Shown here: piece after piece, positions 37,070 to 46,897 of the stretch
How positions within the stretch are numbered: position 1 is the first letter of the stretch
Layout: every line of letters begins with the position of its first letter
Assembly: GCA_964351525.1 (NCBI GenBank)
Contig: CAYGOD010000002.1
Span: forward strand, 230,327-294,326
Length of the DNA stretch: 64,000 nt
Source of the DNA: an uncultured Bdellovibrionales bacterium
Lineage (GTDB): Bacteria; Pseudomonadota; Alphaproteobacteria; Micavibrionales; GCA-2720935
Direction of reading: 5' to 3'
Program-made: the position numbers and the translations under genes
The notes under the pieces: generated by a model
Seen by the model: the letters and a program-made list of their open reading frames with translations, nothing else
Told to the model about the DNA's origin: nothing
Databases searched by the model: none

Positions 37070-38122
37070 ATGACATTTACAAAAAAACTTCTTTCTGGCG
37101 TGGCGGTTATTCTTCTGTCCGCTTCAATCAGTACTGTCTCATTTGCTGGATCAGATGGCTCTGAACTTAGTGCCGATCAACTATTCTTTCAAAATGGTGA
37201 CCGTATGTCTGGTACGGTTTTAACGGTCAACCAAGATATCGTTTCTTTTAAAACCGCTTACGGTAATGTTTTAGAAATACCTGTTGATAAGATTGCGCGT
37301 GTTTCACAAGATAATGGCACATCACAATACAAGTTTGATGCAGAAACCGAAAGCCTAACATTAAGTGCTGTAGAAGAAATTAAAGCACCAAAATCAGATG
37401 TTGTAACAACGTCATATGAAGAAAAAGATGCCAGCATGGTTGGCGGTGTGCTTGATACATTGCTTGGTTTTGAAACCAAAGGTCACATCAAAATTGGTGG
37501 CGATAAATCACAAGGGAATACAGATCGCTCTAACATTAAACTTGATGCTGGTTTCAGTGGCGATATTGACGATAAGAATCGTGTGCGCTTGGATGCAGAT
37601 GTTTACTATTCTGTTGATAAAGGATCACAAAAAGAAAATAACGCTGAGCTAGCCTTGAATTATGACCACTTTGTTTCAGAACAATGGTTTGTTAATGGTA
37701 ATCTTTCGGCACGTAAGGATAAGTTAGCAGATCTTAAGCTAGAAACAATTGTCGGGGTGTCCGCTGGTTATCAGCCATATAAAAGTGATGACTTAAATCT
37801 TTTAGTAACATTGGGTCCAAGCTTTGTGATGCGTGAAGATGAAGATGGTAGTGAAACAGAAGCACTTAATGCCCATTGGTCGATGCGGTATGATCAGAAA
37901 ATTTTTGATGGCCCTGTCAGTGTATTCCACAACCACGATATCTTCCAAAGTGTCGAAGAGAGCAAAGATTTAGTATTGCAAACCGAAACGGGTCTATCTG
38001 TGCCGATCACGGGTAACTTTATCGGGACAATGCAATTTGATTATGACTTTGATAATGATCCCGCGGCTGGTGCAAAAAACAAAGACCAGAAATACACAAT
38101 TCTTTTGGGATATAAGTGGTAA
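37070..38122 (+). CDS. Outer-membrane beta-barrel protein, DUF481-like
   Basis: A signal peptide is present, the strands alternate, the DUF481-like core is NAELALNYDHFVSEQWFVNGNLSARKD, and the C-terminus LLGYKW is aromatic. Confidence 0.65.
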   Translation: MTFTKKLLSGVAVILLSASISTVSFAGSDGSELSADQLFFQNGDRMSGTVLTVNQDIVSFKTAYGNVLEIPVDKIARVSQDNGTSQYKFDAETESLTLSAVEEIKAPKSDVVTTSYEEKDASMVGGVLDTLLGFETKGHIKIGGDKSQGNTDRSNIKLDAGFSGDIDDKNRVRLDADVYYSVDKGSQKENNAELALNYDHFVSEQWFVNGNLSARKDKLADLKLETIVGVSAGYQPYKSDDLNLLVTLGPSFVMREDEDGSETEALNAHWSMRYDQKIFDGPVSVFHNHDIFQSVEESKDLVLQTETGLSVPITGNFIGTMQFDYDFDNDPAAGAKNKDQKYTILLGYKW

Positions 38123-38152
38123 TTTCAAAATAATATCTCTATAAATACGACT

Positions 38153-39538
38153 ATGCAGAATAAATTAACGACGTTCCTTAGAAGCCAATTTCAAGAATTT
38201 GTCTCGACAGATTTAAATAGGGTTTCTGGTGGACGTCGTTTTTTCTTGCGCGTTGGCCGTATTATTTATGCCTTGTTGGGTGATTTGGTAAAGGGGCATT
38301 TATCGCTTCAGGCAATGAGCCTTGTTTATACGACTCTTATAACTCTTGTTCCTTTGTTGGCGATTTCTTTTTCCGTCTTAAAAGGGTTTGGTATTCACAA
38401 CCAAATAGAACCTTTCTTGCTTAATCTACTAGAACCATTGGGACGTGAGGCTGGCAAGATCACAGATAATATTATTGGTTTTGTTGATAATATTGAAGTT
38501 GGCGTTCTGGGTGTCGTTGGATTGGCATTCTTGGTTTATTCTGTTATCGCTTTGATGCAAAAAATTGAACGGGTTTTTAATACGATTTGGCGCGTAGAAC
38601 GCAACCGTAGCTTGGCGCAACGTTTTAGCGATTATCTGTCAATTCTACTTGTATGGCCGTTGTTCATTTTTATCTCTGCAGGTCTGTCCACAACTGTTCA
38701 AAATTTTGATGTTCTATCCTATGTTGGTCTGCCAGAATATACAGATCAATTAGTGGCGTTATTTGGTGTGGTTATTCCTTATTTGATTATGACGCTGGCC
38801 TTTACATTCATTTTTTCTTTTATGCCAAACACACGCGTTAATATTTTTCCTGCGTTTGTAGGGGGCTTGTTTGCCGCCTTTATGTGGAAGGCTATGGGCT
38901 TTTTATTCTCGGCTTTGATTAGTAGCTCCGCCAGCTATGTCGCGATCTATGCCGCATTTGCAACGCTGATCTTATTTATGATTTGGATTTATCTGGGTTG
39001 GTTGGTTGTTTTACTAGGTGCAAGCATAAGTTTTTACGTGCAACACCCCCAACATATCTTAATGGGTTATTCCCGAATGACGCTTTCAAATCGCATGAGA
39101 GAAGCCTTAAGTCTTTCCATGATGGTTTTATTAACACGTTCTTTTTATAACAATAATAATGATTGGGATGCGGTTAAATTTAGTCATCATCTAAACGTGC
39201 CGGTTTCAACCGTTTTGGACGTTATGGCGACGCTAGAGAGCCTAGATTTTGTCACAAAAACAATCGATCATAATTCAACTTATTTACCTGCTATCCCTCT
39301 GGATCGCATGACGGTCGCGGCATTTCTAAATGCTGTACGCGCAGATGGTGAAGATGGCTTTATCGCCTTTAATCCAAAGAAGTTCGCTACGAATATAGGA
39401 CTTGTATTTGACGGCAGTGTAACCGCAAGGCAAGCCCCCTTTAATCAATCGCTCAAGGATTTTAGTGCCGTGCAAGAAAAGGTGGCTTCTTCATCTAAAA
39501 AGGCGGTTAAGAAGAAAGAGATAGGTCGTAAGAAATAA
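38153..39538 (+). CDS. YihY/BrkB-family inner membrane protein with a C-terminal soluble extension
   Basis: It is polytopic with the YihY pattern (IERVFNTIWRVERNRSLAQRFSDYLSILLV). Confidence 0.8.
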   Translation: MQNKLTTFLRSQFQEFVSTDLNRVSGGRRFFLRVGRIIYALLGDLVKGHLSLQAMSLVYTTLITLVPLLAISFSVLKGFGIHNQIEPFLLNLLEPLGREAGKITDNIIGFVDNIEVGVLGVVGLAFLVYSVIALMQKIERVFNTIWRVERNRSLAQRFSDYLSILLVWPLFIFISAGLSTTVQNFDVLSYVGLPEYTDQLVALFGVVIPYLIMTLAFTFIFSFMPNTRVNIFPAFVGGLFAAFMWKAMGFLFSALISSSASYVAIYAAFATLILFMIWIYLGWLVVLLGASISFYVQHPQHILMGYSRMTLSNRMREALSLSMMVLLTRSFYNNNNDWDAVKFSHHLNVPVSTVLDVMATLESLDFVTKTIDHNSTYLPAIPLDRMTVAAFLNAVRADGEDGFIAFNPKKFATNIGLVFDGSVTARQAPFNQSLKDFSAVQEKVASSSKKAVKKKEIGRKK

Positions 39539-39546
39539 AATTTCAC

Positions 39547-39903
39547 TTAAGCGTCTGGCTTAAATTTCACACATAGCTCATAAATCATCAGGCGGTCAAT
39601 CTTTTTGAAGCCTTTGATTTTCTTGAGTGCATGTTTATCCGCTAAAATTGTACAGCCCTGTTTGATAAGAAGCGTTTTGACATTAATAACCGCGTCTAAT
39701 AACGCCCCTGGGCTTACTTCAAAGAAATGTGCTATTTGTTCTAACTCACTGATTGTTAAGTCGGCGTCGCCTTTCTCAAGGCGAGAGATTGACATGACAC
39801 TCGTATCTAGGGCTTTTGAGATGCGTGTTTGAGACATGCTGTGCGTGTCACGCATCGCTTTTAGCATTTGACCTGTGATGATTGTAAAGGTTGTACCAAT
39901 CAT
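39547..39903 (-). CDS. XRE-family HTH transcriptional regulator
   Basis: MRDTHSMSQTRISKALDTSVMSISRLEKG is a Cro/C1-type HTH. It borders the tad locus. Confidence 0.7.
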   Translation of the reverse strand: MIGTTFTIITGQMLKAMRDTHSMSQTRISKALDTSVMSISRLEKGDADLTISELEQIAHFFEVSPGALLDAVINVKTLLIKQGCTILADKHALKKIKGFKKIDRLMIYELCVKFKPDA

Positions 39904-39984
39904 TTTATAACCATTCTTTAATTAACAATTCTGTTAACCATAGGATGCTCTATAAATAATGTAAAGAAAATCTTCTTGATGGGC

Positions 39985-41373
39985 TTATTCTACGATACGT
40001 AGATTACTTAATTCATTCCCGATTTTTTGGAAAACAGAGCGTAACTCACTGTTATTCGGGGAATTGAAATAATGCGCATTAGACGTCGCACAATTTCTAA
40101 ATAAGTTTTGAGCCGTAGAGTTATTTAACTGAAAAGTGATTGTATAGACTGTAATCCCTTCATCTTTCATGGCCTCACAGGTTGCGCTCATGCGGCTGTT
40201 AACTTCTGTAGTGACTTGATTATTATTTGTCACGCCAAGGCGACCCCAGTTTTTACGACCATAGGCGGTGTAATCCGACCCAGATGGCCCACCACCTTGA
40301 TAATCAAAAAATTGATTTGTTCCATCGGTTAAGATAATCGCTACTTTATCAATGAGTGGCTCGTCATAGGCTTTGGGGAGGGATATATCATCGGTTTCCC
40401 AGAGACCTTGCCATTTGGGTGAGAGGGTGCGCCACCCCCATACAAGTCCGAGATTGGTTAATGTTCCGCCACGGTGCCAAGGTAACATTTCATCAATAGC
40501 ATCAATGACTGTTGTCTTAATGCCCGTTAATGGTGTAATGGCTGGCCCACAACCAAGATTAGGCCCAAGGCCATTATTCTGCCATGAATTTTCTTCACGG
40601 ATTGGGGGATAGTTATTATCGACATCATCGGGATATAAATAAGGGGTGAACAAAGAATCGGCAGGAATGGTATCTGTTAAATCTTCGCCGTCACTGCGCG
40701 CTTCAACGCACCCTTTCCAGACAGTTCCTGTATAATCGCTCGGGTTATAGCCCTGCAACCATTCATCATAACCGCTACCAACATTAACGCTGGCTGAATA
40801 GGGGACGAGGCTGACCCAGAAATTATCAATTTCTTCTTGCTCACCATAAAGAATATTAATCAGATCGGTTGCGGCATCTTTCATCGCATCCATTTTGCCG
40901 CCACCCCGCATTGATCCAGTATTATCCATGATAAGGGATAACTCCATACCACGGACATTACGTTGGATTTTTGTTCTAGCAGAAACGCTTAAATTTTGTT
41001 TGTTTAAGATCCGCATAAAGCTGGTATCAATTGTTGCGCTTGCGGTCACGGTGATTTCATTTGTATTTTCATCATAGGTCGCAAAAGGACCTACAATTGT
41101 GGCATTCATGTAGTCATCTTTGAAGTTCAGATTAAAAAATCGTGTGACGTCTGCCTCAATATCTTCAACTGTAAGCGCTCTACCGGCTGCTAAACTGGCG
41201 GCATCTAAGCTTTCTGATAAATGACTTTTGATCATATAACCACGCGCACTATCTACGGCGATGCCCGCAAAACCGACAAGCGGAATGAAAGCTAAGGCCG
41301 CGTAAACCAAGATACTGCCGTCATGGTTGTGCAGAAAAGAGCTGATATGTTTCATTGGCTTAAAAGTAATCAT
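39985..41373 (-). CDS. tadG: TadG-like pilus-associated protein with vWA domain
   Basis: The TadG/TadE-like N-terminus is LVYAALAFIPLVGFAGIAVDSARGYM, and the MIDAS motif is LIMDNTGSM. It is divergent from flp. Confidence 0.8.
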   Translation of the reverse strand: MITFKPMKHISSFLHNHDGSILVYAALAFIPLVGFAGIAVDSARGYMIKSHLSESLDAASLAAGRALTVEDIEADVTRFFNLNFKDDYMNATIVGPFATYDENTNEITVTASATIDTSFMRILNKQNLSVSARTKIQRNVRGMELSLIMDNTGSMRGGGKMDAMKDAATDLINILYGEQEEIDNFWVSLVPYSASVNVGSGYDEWLQGYNPSDYTGTVWKGCVEARSDGEDLTDTIPADSLFTPYLYPDDVDNNYPPIREENSWQNNGLGPNLGCGPAITPLTGIKTTVIDAIDEMLPWHRGGTLTNLGLVWGWRTLSPKWQGLWETDDISLPKAYDEPLIDKVAIILTDGTNQFFDYQGGGPSGSDYTAYGRKNWGRLGVTNNNQVTTEVNSRMSATCEAMKDEGITVYTITFQLNNSTAQNLFRNCATSNAHYFNSPNNSELRSVFQKIGNELSNLRIVE

Positions 41374-41678
41374 TCTACCATTATGCCACAGTCATCTTAA
41401 AAAAATTTAAGTTTATGATTCAAACAAGATTAAATTTGAAAAATATCTATTAAAAATAAGCACAAAATTTTATTCAATTTCGAAACGAAAAATAAAAATA
41501 TTGATACCTTATATATAGGCGGGCCTTTTTGATATATTTTTCATAATTTATTACACCTGTGGATAAATCTTAATAATTTGTTCATAAATAACCTGTTAAG
41601 CTAAAAGGGTAGACAAAACACACACATCAACGTTTACAACAATATATAAACTAAGTTTGTAACCTGAGGAGGTACATT

Positions 41679-41912
41679 ATGATTACTTTAATTATGTCAC
41701 ACATCAAAGCATTTCAAGAAGCACAAGACGGTGCAACAGCCATTGAATACGGCCTTATTGCCGCCCTTGTATCGGTCGCAGCCATTGCCGGTTTCCAGGC
41801 GCTTGGTGGATCTTTAGACGGAATTTTTGAAGGTATTTCTGGTGAACTAGATACTGCAGCAACAGGCTTTACTGGTGCCGGCGGTGAAACACCACCAGCA
41901 GAAACTCCATAA
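41679..41912 (+). CDS. flp: Flp-family type IVb pilin
   Basis: The Flp motif is QDG/ATAIEYGLIAALVSV. A strong SD GAGGAGG lies upstream. There is an unusually long Gly/Thr/Pro-rich C-terminal tail (TGAGGETPPAETP). Confidence 0.85.
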   Translation: MITLIMSHIKAFQEAQDGATAIEYGLIAALVSVAAIAGFQALGGSLDGIFEGISGELDTAATGFTGAGGETPPAETP

Positions 41913-41940
41913 TAATATAACGTTGATTATGCCGAGAGTG

Positions 41941-41982
41941 TTTTTATGCGCTCTCGGCAAATCTTCTTTTTTATCTTTAATT
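41941..41982 (+). terminator. Hairpin/terminator immediately after flp (probable attenuator)
   Basis: GCCGAGAG (41941..41948), a 12-nt loop, CTCTCGGC (41961..41968), and a T-rich run at about 41975..41982. Confidence 0.55.
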
Positions 41983-42022
41983 TATTAAAGACCAAGTTTT
42001 AAGTCTGGCGGGGTTTTAAACA

Positions 42023-42574
42023 ATGGGTATCTTTGATACATCACTAAGTCTGTTTGGTCGTGTATTTTCAGGTCTAGAAATCTTACAATTCACGTGTCTA
42101 TTGGCAACGGGGATTGTTTTATTAATTGCACTGAAAACCGATGCACAGAAATTCCAAATACCAAATTGGGTTTCTTATGTGATTATCATTTCTTACGGCC
42201 TATTTATATCTGTTTCATATCTGCTTGGACATGTTGATATTATTGATATCGTCTATCATGCACTAACGGCAATTGGGTTCCTCATTATTGGTTTTATCCT
42301 TTTTGTTAAAAAATTATTCGGTGCGGGTGATGTCAAATTAATGAGTACTTTTGCATTATGGGTTGGTCCCAACCTTGCAATGCCATATTTGTTTCTCATT
42401 ACACTTGCTGGCGGAATTGTTGCCCTTGTATTAGTAGGGTATCATTTCACAAAGCGCCGCTTTTGTGGTAATATCAAAGTCCAGAAGGATAATCTCCCGA
42501 TGGTTAAGGTGCCCTATGCATTTGCCATCGTCCCAGTCAGCCTCTTTTTCTTGGCGCGTATCTATATAATATAA
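42023..42574 (+). CDS. cpaA: Prepilin peptidase CpaA/TadV (A24 family)
   Basis: It is polytopic and carries FGAGDVKLMSTFALWVG, the second catalytic Asp motif. Confidence 0.8.
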   Translation: MGIFDTSLSLFGRVFSGLEILQFTCLLATGIVLLIALKTDAQKFQIPNWVSYVIIISYGLFISVSYLLGHVDIIDIVYHALTAIGFLIIGFILFVKKLFGAGDVKLMSTFALWVGPNLAMPYLFLITLAGGIVALVLVGYHFTKRRFCGNIKVQKDNLPMVKVPYAFAIVPVSLFFLARIYII

Positions 42575-42593
42575 CAACCGATCGGATGAGATC

Positions 42594-43535
42594 ATGTTAC
42601 GACGTATTTTATTTATGGCATTGGCCATTATTGCCGCGGCGATGATGTTTGTATTTGTTAAAAATGCAAAAAAACCAGCTATAAAAAATAATCAAGAACA
42701 AGCCGTTGTTCAGCAACAACCAGAAAATTTCGTCTTGGTTGCCGCCAAAAATATGTCTGCAGGAACATTTGTAGCGCCCGAAACAATCACATGGCAAGCA
42801 TGGCCTGAAACGGGTTTGAATGATGCCTTCATTACAAAATCAAATAATGAAGCGGCCAATGAAAAAAAATTAGAAGAATTTTACGGTACGGTTGTGCGCC
42901 GTGGCTTGGTCAAAGGCGAGCCCATAAGTAGCAGTCGTATTATTAAGCCTGGTGATCGTGGATTTGTAGCCGCCATCTTACAAAAAGGAATGCGCGCGGT
43001 TTCCGTACAAGTTAATGCACAATCAGCGATTGCTGGTTTGGCTTTCCCTGGTGACAAGGTTGACATTTTGCTTACTCATTCTATCAGACAGCCTGATAAT
43101 GAAGAGCGCCCAGTGCGCCAAGTTGCAGAAACGATTTTAGAAGATGTTCGGATTTTAGCGATGGATCAAAAAGTGGATGACCAAAATGCGGCGCCTTCTG
43201 TACCGAAAACAGCGACGCTTGAGGTTACGCCAAAACAGGCAGAAATCCTTATGGTTGCCACACAAATTGGCCGTCTATCTTTAACGTTAAGGGCCTTAAC
43301 AATCGAAGATGCTTCTGATGAGAAAATTTCAAATGAGACGGATTCGGAAAATATCTCTTTGATAGAAGCGTCTGTTGCAGATGGCAATAAAGACATTATC
43401 GTTCCTGAAGAACGTGTTCGTTACACACTCGATGGCGAAGCTAGTCAAATATTATCGAATGATATGATGCAACGCAAAGTACAAATTATCCGCGGCAGTG
43501 TCACAGAAAATGTGACTATTCAAGGAGATGAATAA
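42594..43535 (+). CDS. cpaB: Flp pilus assembly protein CpaB/RcpC
   Basis: It has an N-terminal anchor and a SAF-like segment (AKNMSAGTFVAPETI), and its position in the locus fits. Confidence 0.8.
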   Translation: MLRRILFMALAIIAAAMMFVFVKNAKKPAIKNNQEQAVVQQQPENFVLVAAKNMSAGTFVAPETITWQAWPETGLNDAFITKSNNEAANEKKLEEFYGTVVRRGLVKGEPISSSRIIKPGDRGFVAAILQKGMRAVSVQVNAQSAIAGLAFPGDKVDILLTHSIRQPDNEERPVRQVAETILEDVRILAMDQKVDDQNAAPSVPKTATLEVTPKQAEILMVATQIGRLSLTLRALTIEDASDEKISNETDSENISLIEASVADGNKDIIVPEERVRYTLDGEASQILSNDMMQRKVQIIRGSVTENVTIQGDE

Positions 43536-44989
43536 TGAATAAAATTTTAAAAGATATCGGTCTTGGTGTAATTCTGGCATTAACTGTTTTCTTCTTTGCC
43601 ACAGGCGGAGATGTTGAACGTGGCACCGATGGTTCTTTATCTATCACAACGGCGGCTATTGCTGTGCCTGCGGCTTACGAAGATATCAAAGATTACGGTG
43701 AAAAGCCTGTCCGTTTAATGGTTGATCAGGGTACATTAATGAAGTTGTCAAAACCAATTTCAACGGTTTTTGTGGCGGACGCAACAATCGCTGATGTTCA
43801 GGTTAAGACGCCAACATTGATTTACATTTATGGTCGTTTACCGGGGACAACAAATCTTTATGCGGTTGATGAAAATGAAAATGTCATTGTTAATCGCAAG
43901 GTAACAATTGCGTTTGAAACCCATCGCTTACAATCGGCGATGAACCAAATGCTTCCCCAAGCGGACATTAAGGTGAAATCATTGAATAACACTGTCGTCC
44001 TTCGTGGTGATGTGCGTAATGCATCTGATGCGGCCGATGCCGTTGCATTTGCACAACGTTTTGTTGGCAGTGGTAACAGTGTCATTAATCAATTAAAAAT
44101 TACGGGTGCAAATCAGGTTAATTTACAAGTAACTATTGCTGAGATCTCACGTAGCTCTCTGAAGGACTTGGGTGTTAACTGGGATGTTGCCTCAACGATT
44201 GGTAATTTTGTTTTTGGATTGGCAACGGGTTCGCCAACCACGGCCGCAGGTAGTTTCCTAACACGTACTGGTGGCACGAATAATTTAGGTGTTGGATTCC
44301 AAGGCAATAATAGTTCTGTCAGTGCTTTAATTGATGCACTTGAACAGGAAGGCCTTATTCAGGTTATGGCAAAACCAAATTTAACGGCTTTGTCTGGTGA
44401 AACAGCAAGCTTCTTATCGGGTGGTGAATTTCCGGTTCCTGTAGCCCAAGAAGATAATCGTATCTCAATTGAGTTTCGTGAGTTTGGTGTATCACTGGCC
44501 TTTACACCAACGATTTTAGATGATAATCGCATATCCCTCCGTGTTAGACCAGAGGTCAGCCAGTTAAGTAATACGGGTGCGTTTAATGATGGTAATTTAA
44601 ATGTTCCGGCCTTGAGTACACGCCGCGCCGAAACAACGGTTGAGATGGGATCAGGACAAAGCTTTGCGATTGCAGGTCTTTTACAACAGCGTATTGCACA
44701 AGATAACACCACAGTTCCAGGACTTGGCGATATTACGGGTGTATCGGCTTTATTCTCATCGGATAATATGGCGAAACAAGAAACTGAACTGGTTATTTTG
44801 GTGACACCGTATGTGGTTCAACCGACCAATGCGAAATTATCTAAACCAAATGATGGGTATGTGCCACCAAAAGATTCTGATCGTTATTTGCGCCGAGAGA
44901 CGCATCGTCAACCTTTACGCAAACCACAAGCAGATATTATGAAGCCAATTTTAAGTACAAATAAATCTTCTGGTTTTCAATTGAATTAA
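43535..44989 (+). CDS. cpaC: Flp pilus secretin CpaC/RcpA
   Basis: The secretin C-domain includes LSGETASFLSGGEFPV, VPGLGDI and ETELVILVTPYVV. Its start overlaps the cpaB stop. Confidence 0.9.
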   Translation: MNKILKDIGLGVILALTVFFFATGGDVERGTDGSLSITTAAIAVPAAYEDIKDYGEKPVRLMVDQGTLMKLSKPISTVFVADATIADVQVKTPTLIYIYGRLPGTTNLYAVDENENVIVNRKVTIAFETHRLQSAMNQMLPQADIKVKSLNNTVVLRGDVRNASDAADAVAFAQRFVGSGNSVINQLKITGANQVNLQVTIAEISRSSLKDLGVNWDVASTIGNFVFGLATGSPTTAAGSFLTRTGGTNNLGVGFQGNNSSVSALIDALEQEGLIQVMAKPNLTALSGETASFLSGGEFPVPVAQEDNRISIEFREFGVSLAFTPTILDDNRISLRVRPEVSQLSNTGAFNDGNLNVPALSTRRAETTVEMGSGQSFAIAGLLQQRIAQDNTTVPGLGDITGVSALFSSDNMAKQETELVILVTPYVVQPTNAKLSKPNDGYVPPKDSDRYLRRETHRQPLRKPQADIMKPILSTNKSSGFQLN

Positions 44990-44996
44990 GGAATAG

Positions 44997-45635
44997 ATGA
45001 GTATGAAACAGACATTAAAAAACACAGTTATTGCATGTGGCACGCTTATTTTTCTGACCGCCTGTGGTGCATCTAATAATGCCGAGTGGGAGCCACGTTA
45101 TGTTGCCCCAGAAGCAAATGTTGTTATGGCGCATGATGAAGTGGTGTTAGATTTTGTGGCTGGTACATGTACGCCGTATTTATCAAGCAAGGAAACGGTT
45201 GTTAGATCTCTAGAAGATATTCGTCCAGATCAGGTAACGAATATTGATATTTATGCACATAATAAAAATCAAGCAAACCGCGCCAAAGAAATGATAAAGC
45301 TTGCGGGTTTAAAGGAAAATCTGAAAACACATATGGTGCAGGCCGACATGTTTGACGAGAATAAGGCTATTATACATGTATCCCATTGGGATGCGCGCGT
45401 TGATGATTGCCCGAATTGGAACAAGCCATCTGGCACAGATTACAACAACAGCATGGGCAGTAGTTTTGGATGTGCAACAGCACAGAACTTAGCGGCGATG
45501 ATTGTCAATCCGCATGATTTAAAGGCGGGTAAAAAAGCGTCACCAGCAGACGCACATCAAGGCGTTGGTGCAATTGAGCGCTATCGTACTGGCGAGATTA
45601 TCGATATTGACCGAGAGGGTATTTTGTCACAATAG
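44997..45635 (+). CDS. cpaD: Pilus assembly lipoprotein CpaD-like
   Basis: The lipobox is LIFLTACGAS. It sits between cpaC and cpaE. Confidence 0.55.
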   Translation: MSMKQTLKNTVIACGTLIFLTACGASNNAEWEPRYVAPEANVVMAHDEVVLDFVAGTCTPYLSSKETVVRSLEDIRPDQVTNIDIYAHNKNQANRAKEMIKLAGLKENLKTHMVQADMFDENKAIIHVSHWDARVDDCPNWNKPSGTDYNNSMGSSFGCATAQNLAAMIVNPHDLKAGKKASPADAHQGVGAIERYRTGEIIDIDREGILSQ

Positions 45636-45643
45636 ACAAAAAA

Positions 45644-46897
45644 ATGACTATAAACAGGGCAAAAAAGAGAGATATGATTGTGGTTGAAGAAAGAAAACAG
45701 AAGAAAAAAGATGATATAAAATTTAAGGGCGCGTTCATGGGGTTTGCCACGGACGAACATACGCGCACAATCATCAATGAAGCCGCAAAAAATATTTGGC
45801 GTGAAGCATCCGTTAATTTAGCAGAGTTTGAAACAGTTCATAGCGTTCTTAAAAAGAATGGATTGGCCGATGTAACATTGGTGGATTTATCCCTAGAAGA
45901 TGATATTCGTTATGCCGCTCAAGATCTTATTGAAATCAACAAACTTAAATCATTGATTATTATTGGTCGTGAGAACGAAGTCTCTCTTTATCGTGATTTG
46001 GTTGAATTGGGTGTCCAAGATTATTTGGTGAAACCCGTTACTGCACACGAAGTACAGCGTTCTTTGAATCGTGCGATGGAAGCGAATATTGTTGTCGATG
46101 AAGATGACATTAAGCCAGAAGTTATTACGGTCGTTGGTACGCGTGGCGGGGTAGGGACAAGTACAATCGCGGCTAATCTTGCGTGGATCATTGCCGAAGA
46201 TATGAACCATACAACATGCTTGTTAGATTTTGATTTACATTACGGGACGAATGCATTGAATTTTGATATTCAACCGTGCATGGGGTTGCGTGATGCAATT
46301 CAGAAACCAGACCGTATGGATAATCTTTTATTCTCTAGTGCCTTAGTGAAGGTCACATCAAAGTTGAAAGTTTTTGCGGCAGAAGAAAATCCAGATTCTG
46401 AAATTCGTATTGCCTCTGCAGCTGTGAAAATGATGATTGATTTCTCGAAAGAAACGGCGCGTTACACAGTCCTTGATATGCCACGTTCTCATGTTCATTT
46501 ATATGATACAGTTTTTACCAGTAGCCATTATTTGATCGTCGTGTCTGATCTATCCTTGGCGGGTATTCGCGATTCTGTACGCATTAAAGAATCAGCAAGA
46601 AAAATTGCGCCCAAGTTAAAAATTATTTTTGTAGTGAATAAATATCAAGATAGCCATGCACAAGTTTCAGAAAAAGATTTTGAACGCGGTATTGGTGAAA
46701 AAATAACGATGTTAATTCCTGACGATCCAAACCCGATTGGTAAGGCAGCGAATGCGGGTTGCGCTATTTCCAAACTTGATCAGAATTGTAAATCTGTACA
46801 AGCTCTAAAAAAATTGTGTGGCACGATGGTACAAGGCCAACATCAGAAAAAAGCCAATTGGCTGAATAAAATATTTAAACCGAAAGAGGATGCATAA
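45644..46897 (+). CDS. cpaE: CpaE/TadZ pilus localisation protein (REC-like N-domain + MinD/ParA-like domain)
   Basis: The MinD-like P-loop VVGTRGGVGTSTIAANLA is present, and its position in the locus fits. Confidence 0.8.
   Translation: MTINRAKKRDMIVVEERKQKKKDDIKFKGAFMGFATDEHTRTIINEAAKNIWREASVNLAEFETVHSVLKKNGLADVTLVDLSLEDDIRYAAQDLIEINKLKSLIIIGRENEVSLYRDLVELGVQDYLVKPVTAHEVQRSLNRAMEANIVVDEDDIKPEVITVVGTRGGVGTSTIAANLAWIIAEDMNHTTCLLDFDLHYGTNALNFDIQPCMGLRDAIQKPDRMDNLLFSSALVKVTSKLKVFAAEENPDSEIRIASAAVKMMIDFSKETARYTVLDMPRSHVHLYDTVFTSSHYLIVVSDLSLAGIRDSVRIKESARKIAPKLKIIFVVNKYQDSHAQVSEKDFERGIGEKITMLIPDDPNPIGKAANAGCAISKLDQNCKSVQALKKLCGTMVQGQHQKKANWLNKIFKPKEDA

Noticed and set aside
41558-41566. Perfect DnaA box (TGTGGATAA, complement of TTATCCACA) in the flp upstream region
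   Set aside because: It is a single 9-mer in an AT-rich 300-bp region with no clustered boxes or DUE-like repeats. It is most likely chance, or at most a regulatory site, and not an origin.
41374-41678. CtrA (TTAA-N7-TTAA) or sigma54 (GG-N10-GC) promoter elements upstream of flp
   Set aside because: I scanned by eye and found only partial matches (for example TTAA-N7-TAAG). Nothing is good enough to report.
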